Below, one piece after another: positions 39,056-48,621 of a DNA stretch of 64,000 bases; the first letter of the stretch is position 1; every line of letters starts with the position of its first letter. A model generated the notes under the pieces. It was given only the letters and a program-made list of their open reading frames with translations. It made no database searches and was not told where the DNA came from. The DNA comes from Nitrospirota bacterium. GTDB taxonomy: Bacteria > Nitrospirota > Thermodesulfovibrionia > Thermodesulfovibrionales > Dissulfurispiraceae. The stretch spans positions 64,001 to 128,000 of the forward strand of contig CAVPZX010000005.1 in assembly GCA_963710375.1 (NCBI GenBank), given 5' to 3'. The position numbers and the translations under genes were made by a program.

Positions 39056-40834
39056 TTAGGCGTTTTCCCCTTGCAGCGGCAGGATTACTCTGAAACAGGA
39101 TCCCGTCGGCTCAAGGGGTAAGTACTCAACCCTTCCCCCGTGGGCCTCTGTGACCTCTTTAACTATAGTTAAGCCCAGCCCCAGATAGCCCTGAGCATGT
39201 GCAGCTGCGCCGATTGCTTCGCCTGTCCCTTTAAAATAGGGGTCAAACATACGCCTGCGAATTTCTTCCGGTATCCTGGGGCCCTGGTTCGTGACCATGA
39301 TTTCAGTGTTGCCCGCGCTATATGCAAGCAATATTTTAATTGTCGAGCCTACGGGGGAAACCCGGAGGGAATTGGTAAGCAGGTTTGAGATCACCCATGG
39401 GAATTTGGCCGGATCAATTTGGGCCCAGATATCTCCCTCACCTTCTTTCTCATAATGTAAAGTGACCTCTCGCTCCGCCGCAAGCAGTTGTATCGGTTTG
39501 AGCCATTCAGGGAGAAGTTCGCTCAGATTGGTCAACTCCGGGTGAATATGAATTGCCGCACCAGGAAGATGATCAACCTGTATGAACTGATTGGCAACGG
39601 AACGGAGCCTGACTATATCACTGAGCAGGGTCTCAATAAGGAATCGTGTGCGTTCATCATAGGACTCCTTCCTCTGTTCGAGAAGCTCTATGGCTGTGCC
39701 CAGAGATTGCAGAGGAGTCTTAAGTTCATGGGACAGAACGCCTATGAATTCTGTCTTAAGACGCTCTCTTTGACGGACCTCGGTAACATCATGGAGAAGA
39801 AAGATGGTCGAGATAAGTTCCCCGGTCGGAGAGAAGACATCTCTTATCCGGGCCTCAAAGCTCCTATGACCATCTCTTTCGGTCTGAAGTTCGAATACCA
39901 GAGCACCCTCTTTTACCTCTCTAAATACTTCACGAAGCTTAAAATAATTACCTGAAACAGAAGGGAGATCAGACCAGAGCATCCCAACTATACTATCCGT
40001 GCCAAGACCAATAAGCTGCGCTATTTTCAGGTTTACATGAGTGACCCGACCCTTGGTGTCAAGTGCTATTACTGCGTCCTCAACCGAAGACAGGAGGGTT
40101 TCCAACTGGTTTCTCTGACTGAGAATTCTGTCCAGATTAAGCTGGTCCGCTCGGCTTACCCTCTCCCATAGCAACGAGAATTCCTCATTGAGGATCCGGA
40201 TTTCAAGGCTGGAAGGTTCGGGCAGCTTGAGTGTCTCTCCGGGTTTTATCCTTGACCTCAGCACTTCAGCGATATTTTTGAGCGGTTTCGCAAGGCGGAC
40301 GGACAGGGAATCGACCATCAAGAGGGTAATAATAAATGTCACAAAATACAATAGCGCGGTCCCGATAACAATTGCACGGCGCACATGTCCCTCTTTTACG
40401 ACAAGCGCGAACATCCCCTTTTCATTCAGTGTAGTCAGATGTTCGAGCTGACTGTTCATTTCGATAACCCTGTCATCGGACTGACCCCCCTGTTTCCATT
40501 GTTTCCAGAGTTGTTCGATGCTGCCGGCAATCACGTCTTCACCGGGTTCGGTAATATTGGACTGCTCAAAACGCAATGCCTCATCAAACTGTCTTATCCA
40601 TACTTCATCAGGTAAATCCTGGTATGCCCCGCTGAAATGAAGCGCATTCCATGCCTGCTGCATTTTCCTTGCAGCCACAATAGAGTCATAGTTTGAATGA
40701 ATCATTTTAGGGGTGGTACCCGCCATAATAAAAACAGAGGAGAGGATGAAAAAAAGACCCATGACGCCAAACATGGCGACTATGGCAAGATAACCATGGA
40801 GAATCCTTTTTCGCAACGGAGGGAGCACTGTCAC
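39056..40834 (-). CDS. Membrane sensor histidine kinase (2 TM, HAMP-like, PAS, HisKA, HATPase)
   Basis: LSHELKTPL, NLLTNS, GLGLTIVKE; layout resembles kinases found next to kdp loci. Confidence 0.9.
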   Translation of the reverse strand: MTVLPPLRKRILHGYLAIVAMFGVMGLFFILSSVFIMAGTTPKMIHSNYDSIVAARKMQQAWNALHFSGAYQDLPDEVWIRQFDEALRFEQSNITEPGEDVIAGSIEQLWKQWKQGGQSDDRVIEMNSQLEHLTTLNEKGMFALVVKEGHVRRAIVIGTALLYFVTFIITLLMVDSLSVRLAKPLKNIAEVLRSRIKPGETLKLPEPSSLEIRILNEEFSLLWERVSRADQLNLDRILSQRNQLETLLSSVEDAVIALDTKGRVTHVNLKIAQLIGLGTDSIVGMLWSDLPSVSGNYFKLREVFREVKEGALVFELQTERDGHRSFEARIRDVFSPTGELISTIFLLHDVTEVRQRERLKTEFIGVLSHELKTPLQSLGTAIELLEQRKESYDERTRFLIETLLSDIVRLRSVANQFIQVDHLPGAAIHIHPELTNLSELLPEWLKPIQLLAAEREVTLHYEKEGEGDIWAQIDPAKFPWVISNLLTNSLRVSPVGSTIKILLAYSAGNTEIMVTNQGPRIPEEIRRRMFDPYFKGTGEAIGAAAHAQGYLGLGLTIVKEVTEAHGGRVEYLPLEPTGSCFRVILPLQGENA

Positions 40835-40923
40835 TATTCGTCCTCTCGGCAGGGCGCAGCGGCTACAATGTGAACATGGATTTTGCTTACTCCGGCAACG
40901 TTATTTATACCTTCCGATTTCAC
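40834..40923 (-). pseudogene. Possible 3' remnant of a KdpD/USP-like gene
   Basis: ...SKIHVHIVAAAPCREDE* with TAG overlapping the kinase GTG; resembles the DVHIV end of KdpD USP domains. Confidence 0.35.
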
Positions 40924-40945
40924 TCAATATATTAACATATTAATA

Positions 40946-40975
40946 TTGACAATCTTATCCATCATTAATTAGACT
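40946..40975 (+). promoter_or_regulatory. sigma70 promoter of the riboswitch-kimA transcript
   Basis: TTGACA-N18-TAGACT just 5' of the aptamer. Confidence 0.6.
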
Positions 40976-40987
40976 ATCCGTCAAATA

Positions 40988-41113
40988 GCAGCCGAAATCC
41001 ACTCTCAACTGTTGGGTTGACAGTGGGTGCGGGGGAACCACCGTATGGGGCGTATTTCTTGTCAGGAATAGGGCACTTCCAAGCCCGAGCCCGTCAGCTA
41101 ACCTCGTAGGCAC
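40988..41113 (+). ncRNA. c-di-AMP (ydaO/yuaA) riboswitch
   Basis: GCCGAAAT...GGGGGAACC...GGGG...TAGGG...CCCGAGCCCGTCAGCTAACCTCGTAGGC upstream of a kimA-like gene. Confidence 0.93.
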
Positions 41114-41137
41114 ATGGAAGGGCAATAGGCAGATTAC

Positions 41138-41173
41138 AAGACCGCTCCCGCCCAGGCGGGCGGCGGTTTTTTT
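41138..41173 (+). terminator. Riboswitch expression-platform terminator
   Basis: AAGACCGCTCCCGCC-ca-GGCGGGCGGCGGTTTTTTT. Confidence 0.85.
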
Positions 41174-41205
41174 GTGTTCTCCTGTGAGCGCCCTGGGAGG
41201 AATCT

Positions 41206-43020
41206 GTGTCAGTCAAGAGCTTTCTTATCGGCAATCCAATCGAAACAGTCAGGGAAAAACACGAGCGGCTTAACAAACTCATGGGTCTCGCCGTGTTCTC
41301 TTCAGATGCTCTGTCATCCGTTGCCTATGGTACGGAGGAAATTCTGTTCGCACTTATTCTCGGCGGCACCGCGATGCTCCATTACTCGCTGCCCGTTACC
41401 TTCAGCATAGTTGTGCTTGTCACAATTGTCGCTACCTCTTACTTCCAGACAATCCATGCATATCCTTCAGGCGGAGGAGCCTATATTGTTGCAAAAGATA
41501 ACCTCGGCACATATCCCGGAATCATTGCGGGAGCAGCATTGCTTATCGACTATGTTTTGACCGTAACCGTCAGTATCTCTGCCGGTATCGAGGCGATCAC
41601 CTCTGCGTTCCCGTCGCTGCACAGCCAGGCAGTCCTAATGTGTCTGCTTGCCATAGTGCTTATCATGGTAATTAATCTGAGGGGTGTGCGTGAGTCCGGG
41701 AAAGTCTTTTCGATACCTGTATACATTTTTCTCGGCAGTCTTTTCCTTCTTATAGCCATGAGTTATGTAAAATCATTTACTATTCTCCGTCCTGTGCCGG
41801 TGGAATATAAAGCTGCCGCTTCAAACGCAGTCCCTATTTTTATCATACTCAGGGCCTTCGCTTCCGGCTGTGCCACCCTCACCGGAATCGAAGCGGTATC
41901 CAACGGAGTAAAGGCTTTCAGGGCTCCCGAAGCAAAGAACGCCGGAATAACTCTTATGTGGATGGCTGGGTTGCTCGGAGTCCTTACTCTCGGCATTGCC
42001 TATTTCGCTGACTATTACAGAATTATGCCCAATGAGAACGAAACCGTGCTGTCGCAACTTGCAAGAACGGTATTCTCGAAAGGGTTCATCTATTACACTA
42101 TTCAATTCGCTACGGCATTTATTCTCGTTCTCGCGGCCAATACTTCGTTTGCCGATTTCCCGAGACTCTCATCAATCATGGCTACCGACCGTTTTCTGCC
42201 AAGGCAGCTCAGCAATCGTGGGGACAGGCTTGTTTTCTCCAATGGCATCTTGCTGCTTGGGTTCTTTTCGGCCTTGCTGCTTGTAATCTTCGGCGGCGAC
42301 ACGCATGCATTGATACCTCTATACGCAGTAGGCGTTTTCACAGCCTTTACACTATCGCAGGCAGGCATGGTAAAGCACTGGATCAAATTCAAGGGAGAGG
42401 GGTGGAAAAAAAGCATAGTGATAAATGGAGTGGGGGCAATTGCCACCGGGATTGTACTTCTTATCATAGCAACTGAAAAATTCACGCACGGGGCATGGAT
42501 AGTGCTTGTAGCGATACCCAGCCTGGTCATCCTGATGATGAAAATCCATAATCACTATGCTTCTGTTGCCGAGCAGCTCTCCGTAACTTCCTGCGAGGTC
42601 AATCAGCCCGAATTCAAGCACCACTCGGTCATAATTCCCATATCAGGCGTGCAGCAGGCTGTCATCAGTGCGGTAAAATACGCAAAAATTCTCTCCGATG
42701 ACGTGGTTGCACTGTATGTGTGTCTCGACCCGGCAGCTACGAAATTGACAAGGGAGAAGTGGGACCAACAATGCATGGGTGTACGTCTTATTGTTCTTGA
42801 CTCTCCCTTCCGTTCGATAAAAGAGCCGATTCTTGATTATATAGATGAGGTTCAGCAGCGCTACAAGGATGGTGTCATCACGGTGATACTTCCCGAGTTT
42901 GTGCCCTCAAAGTGGTGGCATAATCTGCTGCATAACCAGACAGCTTTCTTTATAAAAGGCACTTTACTGTTCAAAAAGGGAGTGGTTTCCACAAGCGTGC
43001 CCTTTCACCTGGTCAAGTGA
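41206..43020 (+). CDS. kimA: KimA/YdaO-like APC-superfamily potassium transporter
   Basis: SSDALSSVAY, YPSGGGAY, LTGIEAVSNG, FADFPRL; c-di-AMP riboswitch upstream. Confidence 0.9.
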   Translation: MSVKSFLIGNPIETVREKHERLNKLMGLAVFSSDALSSVAYGTEEILFALILGGTAMLHYSLPVTFSIVVLVTIVATSYFQTIHAYPSGGGAYIVAKDNLGTYPGIIAGAALLIDYVLTVTVSISAGIEAITSAFPSLHSQAVLMCLLAIVLIMVINLRGVRESGKVFSIPVYIFLGSLFLLIAMSYVKSFTILRPVPVEYKAAASNAVPIFIILRAFASGCATLTGIEAVSNGVKAFRAPEAKNAGITLMWMAGLLGVLTLGIAYFADYYRIMPNENETVLSQLARTVFSKGFIYYTIQFATAFILVLAANTSFADFPRLSSIMATDRFLPRQLSNRGDRLVFSNGILLLGFFSALLLVIFGGDTHALIPLYAVGVFTAFTLSQAGMVKHWIKFKGEGWKKSIVINGVGAIATGIVLLIIATEKFTHGAWIVLVAIPSLVILMMKIHNHYASVAEQLSVTSCEVNQPEFKHHSVIIPISGVQQAVISAVKYAKILSDDVVALYVCLDPAATKLTREKWDQQCMGVRLIVLDSPFRSIKEPILDYIDEVQQRYKDGVITVILPEFVPSKWWHNLLHNQTAFFIKGTLLFKKGVVSTSVPFHLVK

Positions 43021-43059
43021 TAGAAAATACTAAGGTCTCGCTGGCAGCTTCAGCTTCGC

Positions 43060-44664
43060 CTACCTGCGGGTCTTCGTCAGGTTGAAGTCCGGGTATGCGG
43101 TAACATTAACTTCGTTCAGGTCGAGGCCATCGAATTCTACTTCAGCTGATACCCGCATCGGAATTATTTTATCCAGCAGCTTGAAGAACGCGAACATCAC
43201 AACGAAGACAAAGGCGAAGTTTACGCAAACTCCTATAACCTCTGCCACGAACTGTGAAGTGCCGCCATAAAACAGACCTTTTACCGTGCCGGGGACGTTG
43301 TTCATTCCGTCACCATATGTGCCGTCAGCGAAAAGTCCCAGTGCGATAAGCCCCCAGGCCCCGCACGTGCCGTGAACAGATACCGCGCCCACAGGATCGT
43401 CAACTTTTAATGTCCTCTCCACAAAAAAGATGCTCATACAGCAGAGTACACCTGCAACAAGCCCTATAATGACTGCTCCGACCGGATTCACGAACGCGCA
43501 AGAAGCTGAGATAGCCACGAGTCCGGCAAGGAGCCCGTTTGCGGACAAGGACAGATCCGGCTTGCCGTAACATATCCACATGTATGCCATTGCCGAAAAA
43601 GCTGCTGCCACGGATGCCAGCAGGGTATTTACCGCTATGATCCCGATTCTCAAGTCATCACCGGCGAGGGTCCGGCCTGTAGTGAACCCGAACCAGCCAA
43701 AGAAAAGTATTAAGCACCCTATAATAGCCATTGGGATATGGTGTCCTGGTATTGCGCTGGGAGTTCCATCAGCCCTGAATTTTCCGATGCGCGGACCAAG
43801 AACTATGGCTCCCGAAAGGGCAGAAACGCCGCCGACCATATGGACAACTGAGGAACCTGCGAAGTCCAGTACCCCGTGGCCGAGGCCGAAATTTTTGCCG
43901 AGCTGTGACAGCCACCCGTGGCCCCATACCCAATTTGCATAAATAGGGTATGTAAACATTGCCATAAAGAACCCAAAGATCATGAATGATTTAAATGTCC
44001 AGCGTTCAGCCATGGCGCCTGTTGGAATTGTAGCAGCGACGTTCATAAAGACCACCTGGAAAAGAAAGAGCGTGACAATCGCGGCATCATAGCCAAAACC
44101 TGAGAGGAAGAATCCCCGTGTGCCGAAAATGCTGAACTCCTTTCCGAAGAGGTGCAGTATGAATTCACCGTTCAATAATCCTGTTCCGCCGGCAAGAGGA
44201 CCAGCGCCGACACCGCCCATCTGGAACGCATAGCCGCAAATCCAATAACCGAGCACCCCGAAGACAAGCACCATGAAGTTCATCGCAATGGTATGGGCGG
44301 CATTTTTTGCCCTCGTAAAACCGGTCTCTACCATTGCAAAGCCTGCCTGCATGAAAAATACGAGATAAGCGCAGATCAATGTCCAAACAAAATTAATGGC
44401 GATCCTGTTATGGCCGACGACATCTGCCAGCTTTATGGCAAGCGGCTCGTTTTTTGCCAAATTTTTAATGTCGTCCGCGGTTGGGGCTTCGGATGTGGCG
44501 CCAATTACGTCCTTGCTCCCTCCTGTATTAACGCCTGATGGATCGGGTTTAAGCTCATGGGCCGGCGCAGTCTGAGCCTGTTCATCCGCAAGCGCCGGCA
44601 ATGCCGGCAAAACAAACCCCATCAGCAATGCAATTAACAAGAAAAAGGCCAATATATTTTTCAT
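43060..44664 (-). CDS. amtB: Ammonium transporter (Amt family)
   Basis: FFMQAGF, DFAGSSVVH, NGLLAGLVAI, DDPVGAVSVHG. Confidence 0.93.
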   Translation of the reverse strand: MKNILAFFLLIALLMGFVLPALPALADEQAQTAPAHELKPDPSGVNTGGSKDVIGATSEAPTADDIKNLAKNEPLAIKLADVVGHNRIAINFVWTLICAYLVFFMQAGFAMVETGFTRAKNAAHTIAMNFMVLVFGVLGYWICGYAFQMGGVGAGPLAGGTGLLNGEFILHLFGKEFSIFGTRGFFLSGFGYDAAIVTLFLFQVVFMNVAATIPTGAMAERWTFKSFMIFGFFMAMFTYPIYANWVWGHGWLSQLGKNFGLGHGVLDFAGSSVVHMVGGVSALSGAIVLGPRIGKFRADGTPSAIPGHHIPMAIIGCLILFFGWFGFTTGRTLAGDDLRIGIIAVNTLLASVAAAFSAMAYMWICYGKPDLSLSANGLLAGLVAISASCAFVNPVGAVIIGLVAGVLCCMSIFFVERTLKVDDPVGAVSVHGTCGAWGLIALGLFADGTYGDGMNNVPGTVKGLFYGGTSQFVAEVIGVCVNFAFVFVVMFAFFKLLDKIIPMRVSAEVEFDGLDLNEVNVTAYPDFNLTKTRR

Positions 44665-44684
44665 GTACGCCCCCCTCGTAAAAA

Positions 44685-44769
44685 AATGTTAAATTATGAA
44701 TTATGAATGTTGAATTATAGAATAATTTTTGATCCCTAATTCAAAATTTAAAATTAAGCATTCAACATT
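44685..44769. repeat. Heptamer tandem repeats (AATTATG/AATGTTG) and their inverse
   Basis: aatgtta-aattatg-aattatg-aatgttg ... taattca-aaattta-aaattaa-gcattca-acatt. Confidence 0.82.
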
Positions 44770-44771
44770 CT

Positions 44772-45095
44772 TTATAGCCTGCTCCCAAACTGAATTATCA
44801 ATCCGCCGCAAATAATCACCAACAACCCAATCCAGGTAGAATTCGGTATATTTTCTCTGAACACGAACTGTCCAAAAAGTATACTTATAATCGCGAAGAT
44901 TGCGACGTAGACTCCGAGTAATTTTGAAAAATCCCATTTCACTATGTTGACGACCACACCATAACAACCCAGTATTGCGCATCCTGTCAAAATAATAATC
45001 AAGCTGCTTCCTCGAAGTCCTTTACGAACAACCGCGTCTCCGCCAACCTCGAGGACTGCCGCACCGACGAAAATAAGCCATGCAAGATAAGTCAT
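44772..45095 (-). CDS. Small 4-TM membrane protein (YnfA/SMR-like)
   Basis: AAVLEVGGD with membrane Glu; four hydrophobic helices. Confidence 0.75.
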   Translation of the reverse strand: MTYLAWLIFVGAAVLEVGGDAVVRKGLRGSSLIIILTGCAILGCYGVVVNIVKWDFSKLLGVYVAIFAIISILFGQFVFRENIPNSTWIGLLVIICGGLIIQFGSRL

Positions 45096-45120
45096 TTGTG
45101 AATCCTCCCTAGTGAAGATT

Positions 45121-45213
45121 AGCTAAAACTATGCCAGCTTGCAACTACCTGTTTTATAAATAAGTCTTAAGAAAAGTGTTACGACAAAATTGTATACTGC
45201 CACAACATTGTAG
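45121..45213 (-). promoter_or_regulatory. sigma54 promoter with paired upstream activator sites
   Basis: TGGCAT-agttt-TAGCT at 45121-45136; ACAAAATTGT and ACAACATTGT palindromes at 45184 and 45202. Confidence 0.8.
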
Positions 45214-45230
45214 GGATAAGAGAAGTGCAT

Positions 45231-47027
45231 TTAATGCGCGGTTCCGCGGTGGAGGATCAGAAACAATAGCAGAAGGAAGACAACGATAGGGACCGACACG
45301 GCAAGCGTAATCCAAAGTGCTTTTTTTGCACCGCGCTTCCATGCAGTCGGTGTCTGAAGCCGGTCACATCGCCCGGTCAATTGCACTGAAACGGGATTAT
45401 CCAAATCGGCTTTCATGGCTGCAGCCGAAGGATAACGGTTGCCGGGCTCGCGCTCCATGGCATGGAGGATGATCTCTTCAACCTGAGGAGATAATTTCGG
45501 GTTGCGTTTCCGAGGCGCCACAGGGTCGCCGGTGACGCGGGCGTTCATGACCGCGAAAGGGTTGTCGCCATCGAACGGCACTACGCCGACAGCCATTTCG
45601 TACAGCATTGCGCCAAGGCTGTAAATGTCGGTCCGCGCATCCCCGCGCTTCCCTTTGACCTGTTCGGGGGCCATGTAATCGGGCGTGCCGACCGCTGGCG
45701 TAAAACCGGCAAATGTGATTCGTCTCCCCTCCGCGGCCCTGGCGATGCCGAAGTCCACGATCCGGATAGTGCCGTCGTAGCAGATCATGATGTTCTGCGG
45801 TTTGAGGTCACGGTGTATTACGCCGTTTTCGTGCATATGCGCCAACGCCTCGCATACATAACTTGCTATCTTGATCGCGTCCTTTTCCGGCATCGGGCGG
45901 ACACTGTTCAGCAAGTGCGACAGCGTATAGCCGTGCAGATACTCTGTTACGATATACGGCCTGCTGCGGTGTTCCTCTTCCACGGGAATGAATTTCAGGA
46001 TGTAGGGATGATTCAGCCGGTTCCCGATCTCTTCCTCGCGCTGGAAGCGTGAGTAGAAACCGGGATCGCTCTCAAACTCCATCAACGGCACCTTGACCGC
46101 CACGGTTTCTTTGGTATTCAGGTCAGTTGCCTTGAATATGGTGGCCATGCCGCTGCGACTGATGGTCTCAAGAATTAGAAAACGCTTATCGAGGGTGTAC
46201 CCAGGCCGGAGTTCATAACGGCTCGTCAGGTCCTCACGCTCCTGATACATAGGAACGCCTCTATAATACGCCATTTTCTCTACGTCGTTGATTTGAAGGA
46301 CCTGCACGGAAAGATTATCATCGGTTCCCCGCTGCTCTGCCAGGGCAATAAGCTGTCGGCAGGCCTGGGCCGGAGAAAAGCGCGATACGATGTCGGCGAG
46401 CTCGCTGTCCGCGACATGCGCATACAAGCCGTCGGAACAAAGCACGACCCGGTCGCCAATGAACACTGTGGTGCCCTCCACGTCGAGCCTTACCACCGGC
46501 TCATTTCCTACGCTGCGGGTCAGGACAGAACGTTTTTCGCTGGTCTTGGCGTCATGTTCGGTAATCAACCCGAATTTTTGTTGCATGCCGACATATGTAT
46601 GATCTGTGGATAACTGTTTGATCTCTCCCTTGCGGACCAGATAGACCCGGGAATCTCCCACATTGCCCACTATGATTTCATCGTTCCGCAATATAACGAT
46701 TGACAGGGTTGTCGCCATGCGGGACTTGCCGTGGTCCTCCATGCCTTTGTCGTATACGGCAACATTTGCGGCATTGAACATCTGAGTCAGCAACTGCTGA
46801 GGAGACTGGTCCTCTGGTGACTCGCGGAAGGTTTTCAAGGCTGTCTCCACCGAAAGCCGGCTGGCCACTTCACCACGGTGCATCCCGCCAACGCCATCGG
46901 CCAGCGCTGCCACAGCGCCGCGGCTGCGCTTTTCCTCAAGGGTTTCCGGCTGCCAGAAGCCTACGAAATCCTCATTGTTTTCGCGAGCAGGTCCAGGCGA
47001 AGAAAGTTCAGCGTATGTCAGTTCCAT
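45231..47027 (-). CDS. Bifunctional PP2C phosphatase - Hanks Ser/Thr kinase with C-terminal TM
   Basis: RENNED, ADGVGG, NVGDSR, LCSDGL, DDNLS; VAVK, HRDLKPQN, DFG, GTPDYMAPE. Confidence 0.93.
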   Translation of the reverse strand: MELTYAELSSPGPARENNEDFVGFWQPETLEEKRSRGAVAALADGVGGMHRGEVASRLSVETALKTFRESPEDQSPQQLLTQMFNAANVAVYDKGMEDHGKSRMATTLSIVILRNDEIIVGNVGDSRVYLVRKGEIKQLSTDHTYVGMQQKFGLITEHDAKTSEKRSVLTRSVGNEPVVRLDVEGTTVFIGDRVVLCSDGLYAHVADSELADIVSRFSPAQACRQLIALAEQRGTDDNLSVQVLQINDVEKMAYYRGVPMYQEREDLTSRYELRPGYTLDKRFLILETISRSGMATIFKATDLNTKETVAVKVPLMEFESDPGFYSRFQREEEIGNRLNHPYILKFIPVEEEHRSRPYIVTEYLHGYTLSHLLNSVRPMPEKDAIKIASYVCEALAHMHENGVIHRDLKPQNIMICYDGTIRIVDFGIARAAEGRRITFAGFTPAVGTPDYMAPEQVKGKRGDARTDIYSLGAMLYEMAVGVVPFDGDNPFAVMNARVTGDPVAPRKRNPKLSPQVEEIILHAMEREPGNRYPSAAAMKADLDNPVSVQLTGRCDRLQTPTAWKRGAKKALWITLAVSVPIVVFLLLLFLILHRGTAH

Positions 47028-47082
47028 AGTTGAAACACCTTAACATTTTTTTTGCTAAATTGAAAGCTTCTATAAGAAAATG

Positions 47083-47102
47083 GGGGACTCGATTGAGTCC
47101 CC
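47083..47102 (-). terminator. Intrinsic terminator after glnA
   Basis: GGGGACTC-N4-GAGTCCCC with T-rich flanks. Confidence 0.7.
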
Positions 47103-47127
47103 TTTTAATCACTGCTGAAACTCTATT

Positions 47128-48540
47128 CTAAATGTCGTAGTAAAGGAAGAACTCATAAGGATGGGGCCTCAATCTGAGGGCATCTACTTCTTTGGATCTC
47201 TTGTAGCTGATCCATGTTTCAAGGGCATCATCGGTGAATACGTTCCCTTTCATCAGGTACTCATGGTCTTCCTCAAGATGGTTGAGTGCCTCTTCCAGAC
47301 TTGCCGGCATGGTCGGCACTGAGGCAAGTTCCTCCGGGCCGAGTTCATAGATGTCCTTGTCAAGCGGCTCGCCAGGATGTATCTTGTTCTCGATCCCGTC
47401 AAGACCTGCCATCAGCATCGCGGCAAAGGCCAGATAAGGATTGCACGATGGATCAGGGAACCGCACTTCCGCCCTCTTTGTCTTAGGGCTGGCTGAGTAT
47501 GTGGGTATCCTTACACATGCCGAGCGGTTCCTGGCAGAATAGGCAAGGTTCACCGGAGCTTCAAACCCAGGTGTCAGTCTCTTGTATGAGTTAGTCGTCG
47601 GGTTGGTTAGGGCCGCCAGGGATTTCGCATGCTTCAGAACCCCGCCGATATAATAAATAGCGGTCTCGCTAAGCCCTGCGTAGCCGTTGCCGGCAAATAC
47701 AGGCTTGCCGTTTTTCCATATGCTCTGATGGGTGTGCATCCCGGAACCGTTGTCCCCGAATATCGGCTTCGGCATGAAGGTCACTGTCTTGCCGTGCCTC
47801 TTGGCTACATTCTTGATTATATATTTAAAGAGCATCAGGTAGTCTGCCATCTTGACCAGGGACTCAAACCTCATGTCGATTTCAGCCTGTCCTGCTGTGG
47901 CGACTTCGTGGTGTTCCTTTTCTACATAGATGCCGCATTTCAGCATCTCAACCACCATCTCTGTCCTTAAATCCTCCTGGCTGTCCATCGGAGGCACTGG
48001 GAAATATCCCTCTTTGTGCCTCGGCTTGTAGCCCAGGTTGGGTTTCTCGTCGCGGCCTGAGTTCCAGATGCCCTCAACCGAATCAAGGAAATAATAACCG
48101 CTGTGAGAATTCTGGTCGAACATTATATCGTCAAAGATAAAAAATTCAGCCTCAGGGCCGAAATAAGCCGTGTCACCTATCCCTGTCGACTTGAGATACG
48201 CTTCCGCTTTCTGCGCAATGTACCTTGGGTCCCTTGTGTATGATTCTTTTGTGATAGGGTCTACAATGTTGCAGATCAGGCTCAGCATGGGACGCTCTGT
48301 AAAAGGGTCCATAATTGCGGTGGAGGGATCGGGAACGACGAGCATGTCAGAGGTGTGGATTGCCTGCCATCCCCTGATTGAAGAGCCGTCAAATCCAAGC
48401 CCCTCACTGAATACTTCCTCTTTTAACTCGCTGACCGGCGCTGCAAAGTGCTGCCAGAGACCTGGAAAATCAAGGAACTTGAAGTCCACCATCACTGCCT
48501 TGTTCTCCTCGGCCATCTTGATTACGTCTTTCGGTGTCAT
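47128..48540 (-). CDS. glnA: Glutamine synthetase type I
   Basis: [37 protein letters not shown] adenylylation loop. Confidence 0.97.
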   Translation of the reverse strand: MTPKDVIKMAEENKAVMVDFKFLDFPGLWQHFAAPVSELKEEVFSEGLGFDGSSIRGWQAIHTSDMLVVPDPSTAIMDPFTERPMLSLICNIVDPITKESYTRDPRYIAQKAEAYLKSTGIGDTAYFGPEAEFFIFDDIMFDQNSHSGYYFLDSVEGIWNSGRDEKPNLGYKPRHKEGYFPVPPMDSQEDLRTEMVVEMLKCGIYVEKEHHEVATAGQAEIDMRFESLVKMADYLMLFKYIIKNVAKRHGKTVTFMPKPIFGDNGSGMHTHQSIWKNGKPVFAGNGYAGLSETAIYYIGGVLKHAKSLAALTNPTTNSYKRLTPGFEAPVNLAYSARNRSACVRIPTYSASPKTKRAEVRFPDPSCNPYLAFAAMLMAGLDGIENKIHPGEPLDKDIYELGPEELASVPTMPASLEEALNHLEEDHEYLMKGNVFTDDALETWISYKRSKEVDALRLRPHPYEFFLYYDI

Positions 48541-48557
48541 ACATCCTCCTTTATTTT

Positions 48558-48593
48558 AAATAGACGGTCACCCATGAGGGTGACTGTCTATTT
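48558..48593 (-). terminator. Strong hairpin between the APC permease and glnA
   Basis: AAATAGACGGTCACCC-atga-GGGTGACTGTCTATTT just upstream of the glnA RBS. Confidence 0.55.
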
Positions 48594-48621
48594 TGGAATT
48601 GTCGAGAAAAGATGATATTGC

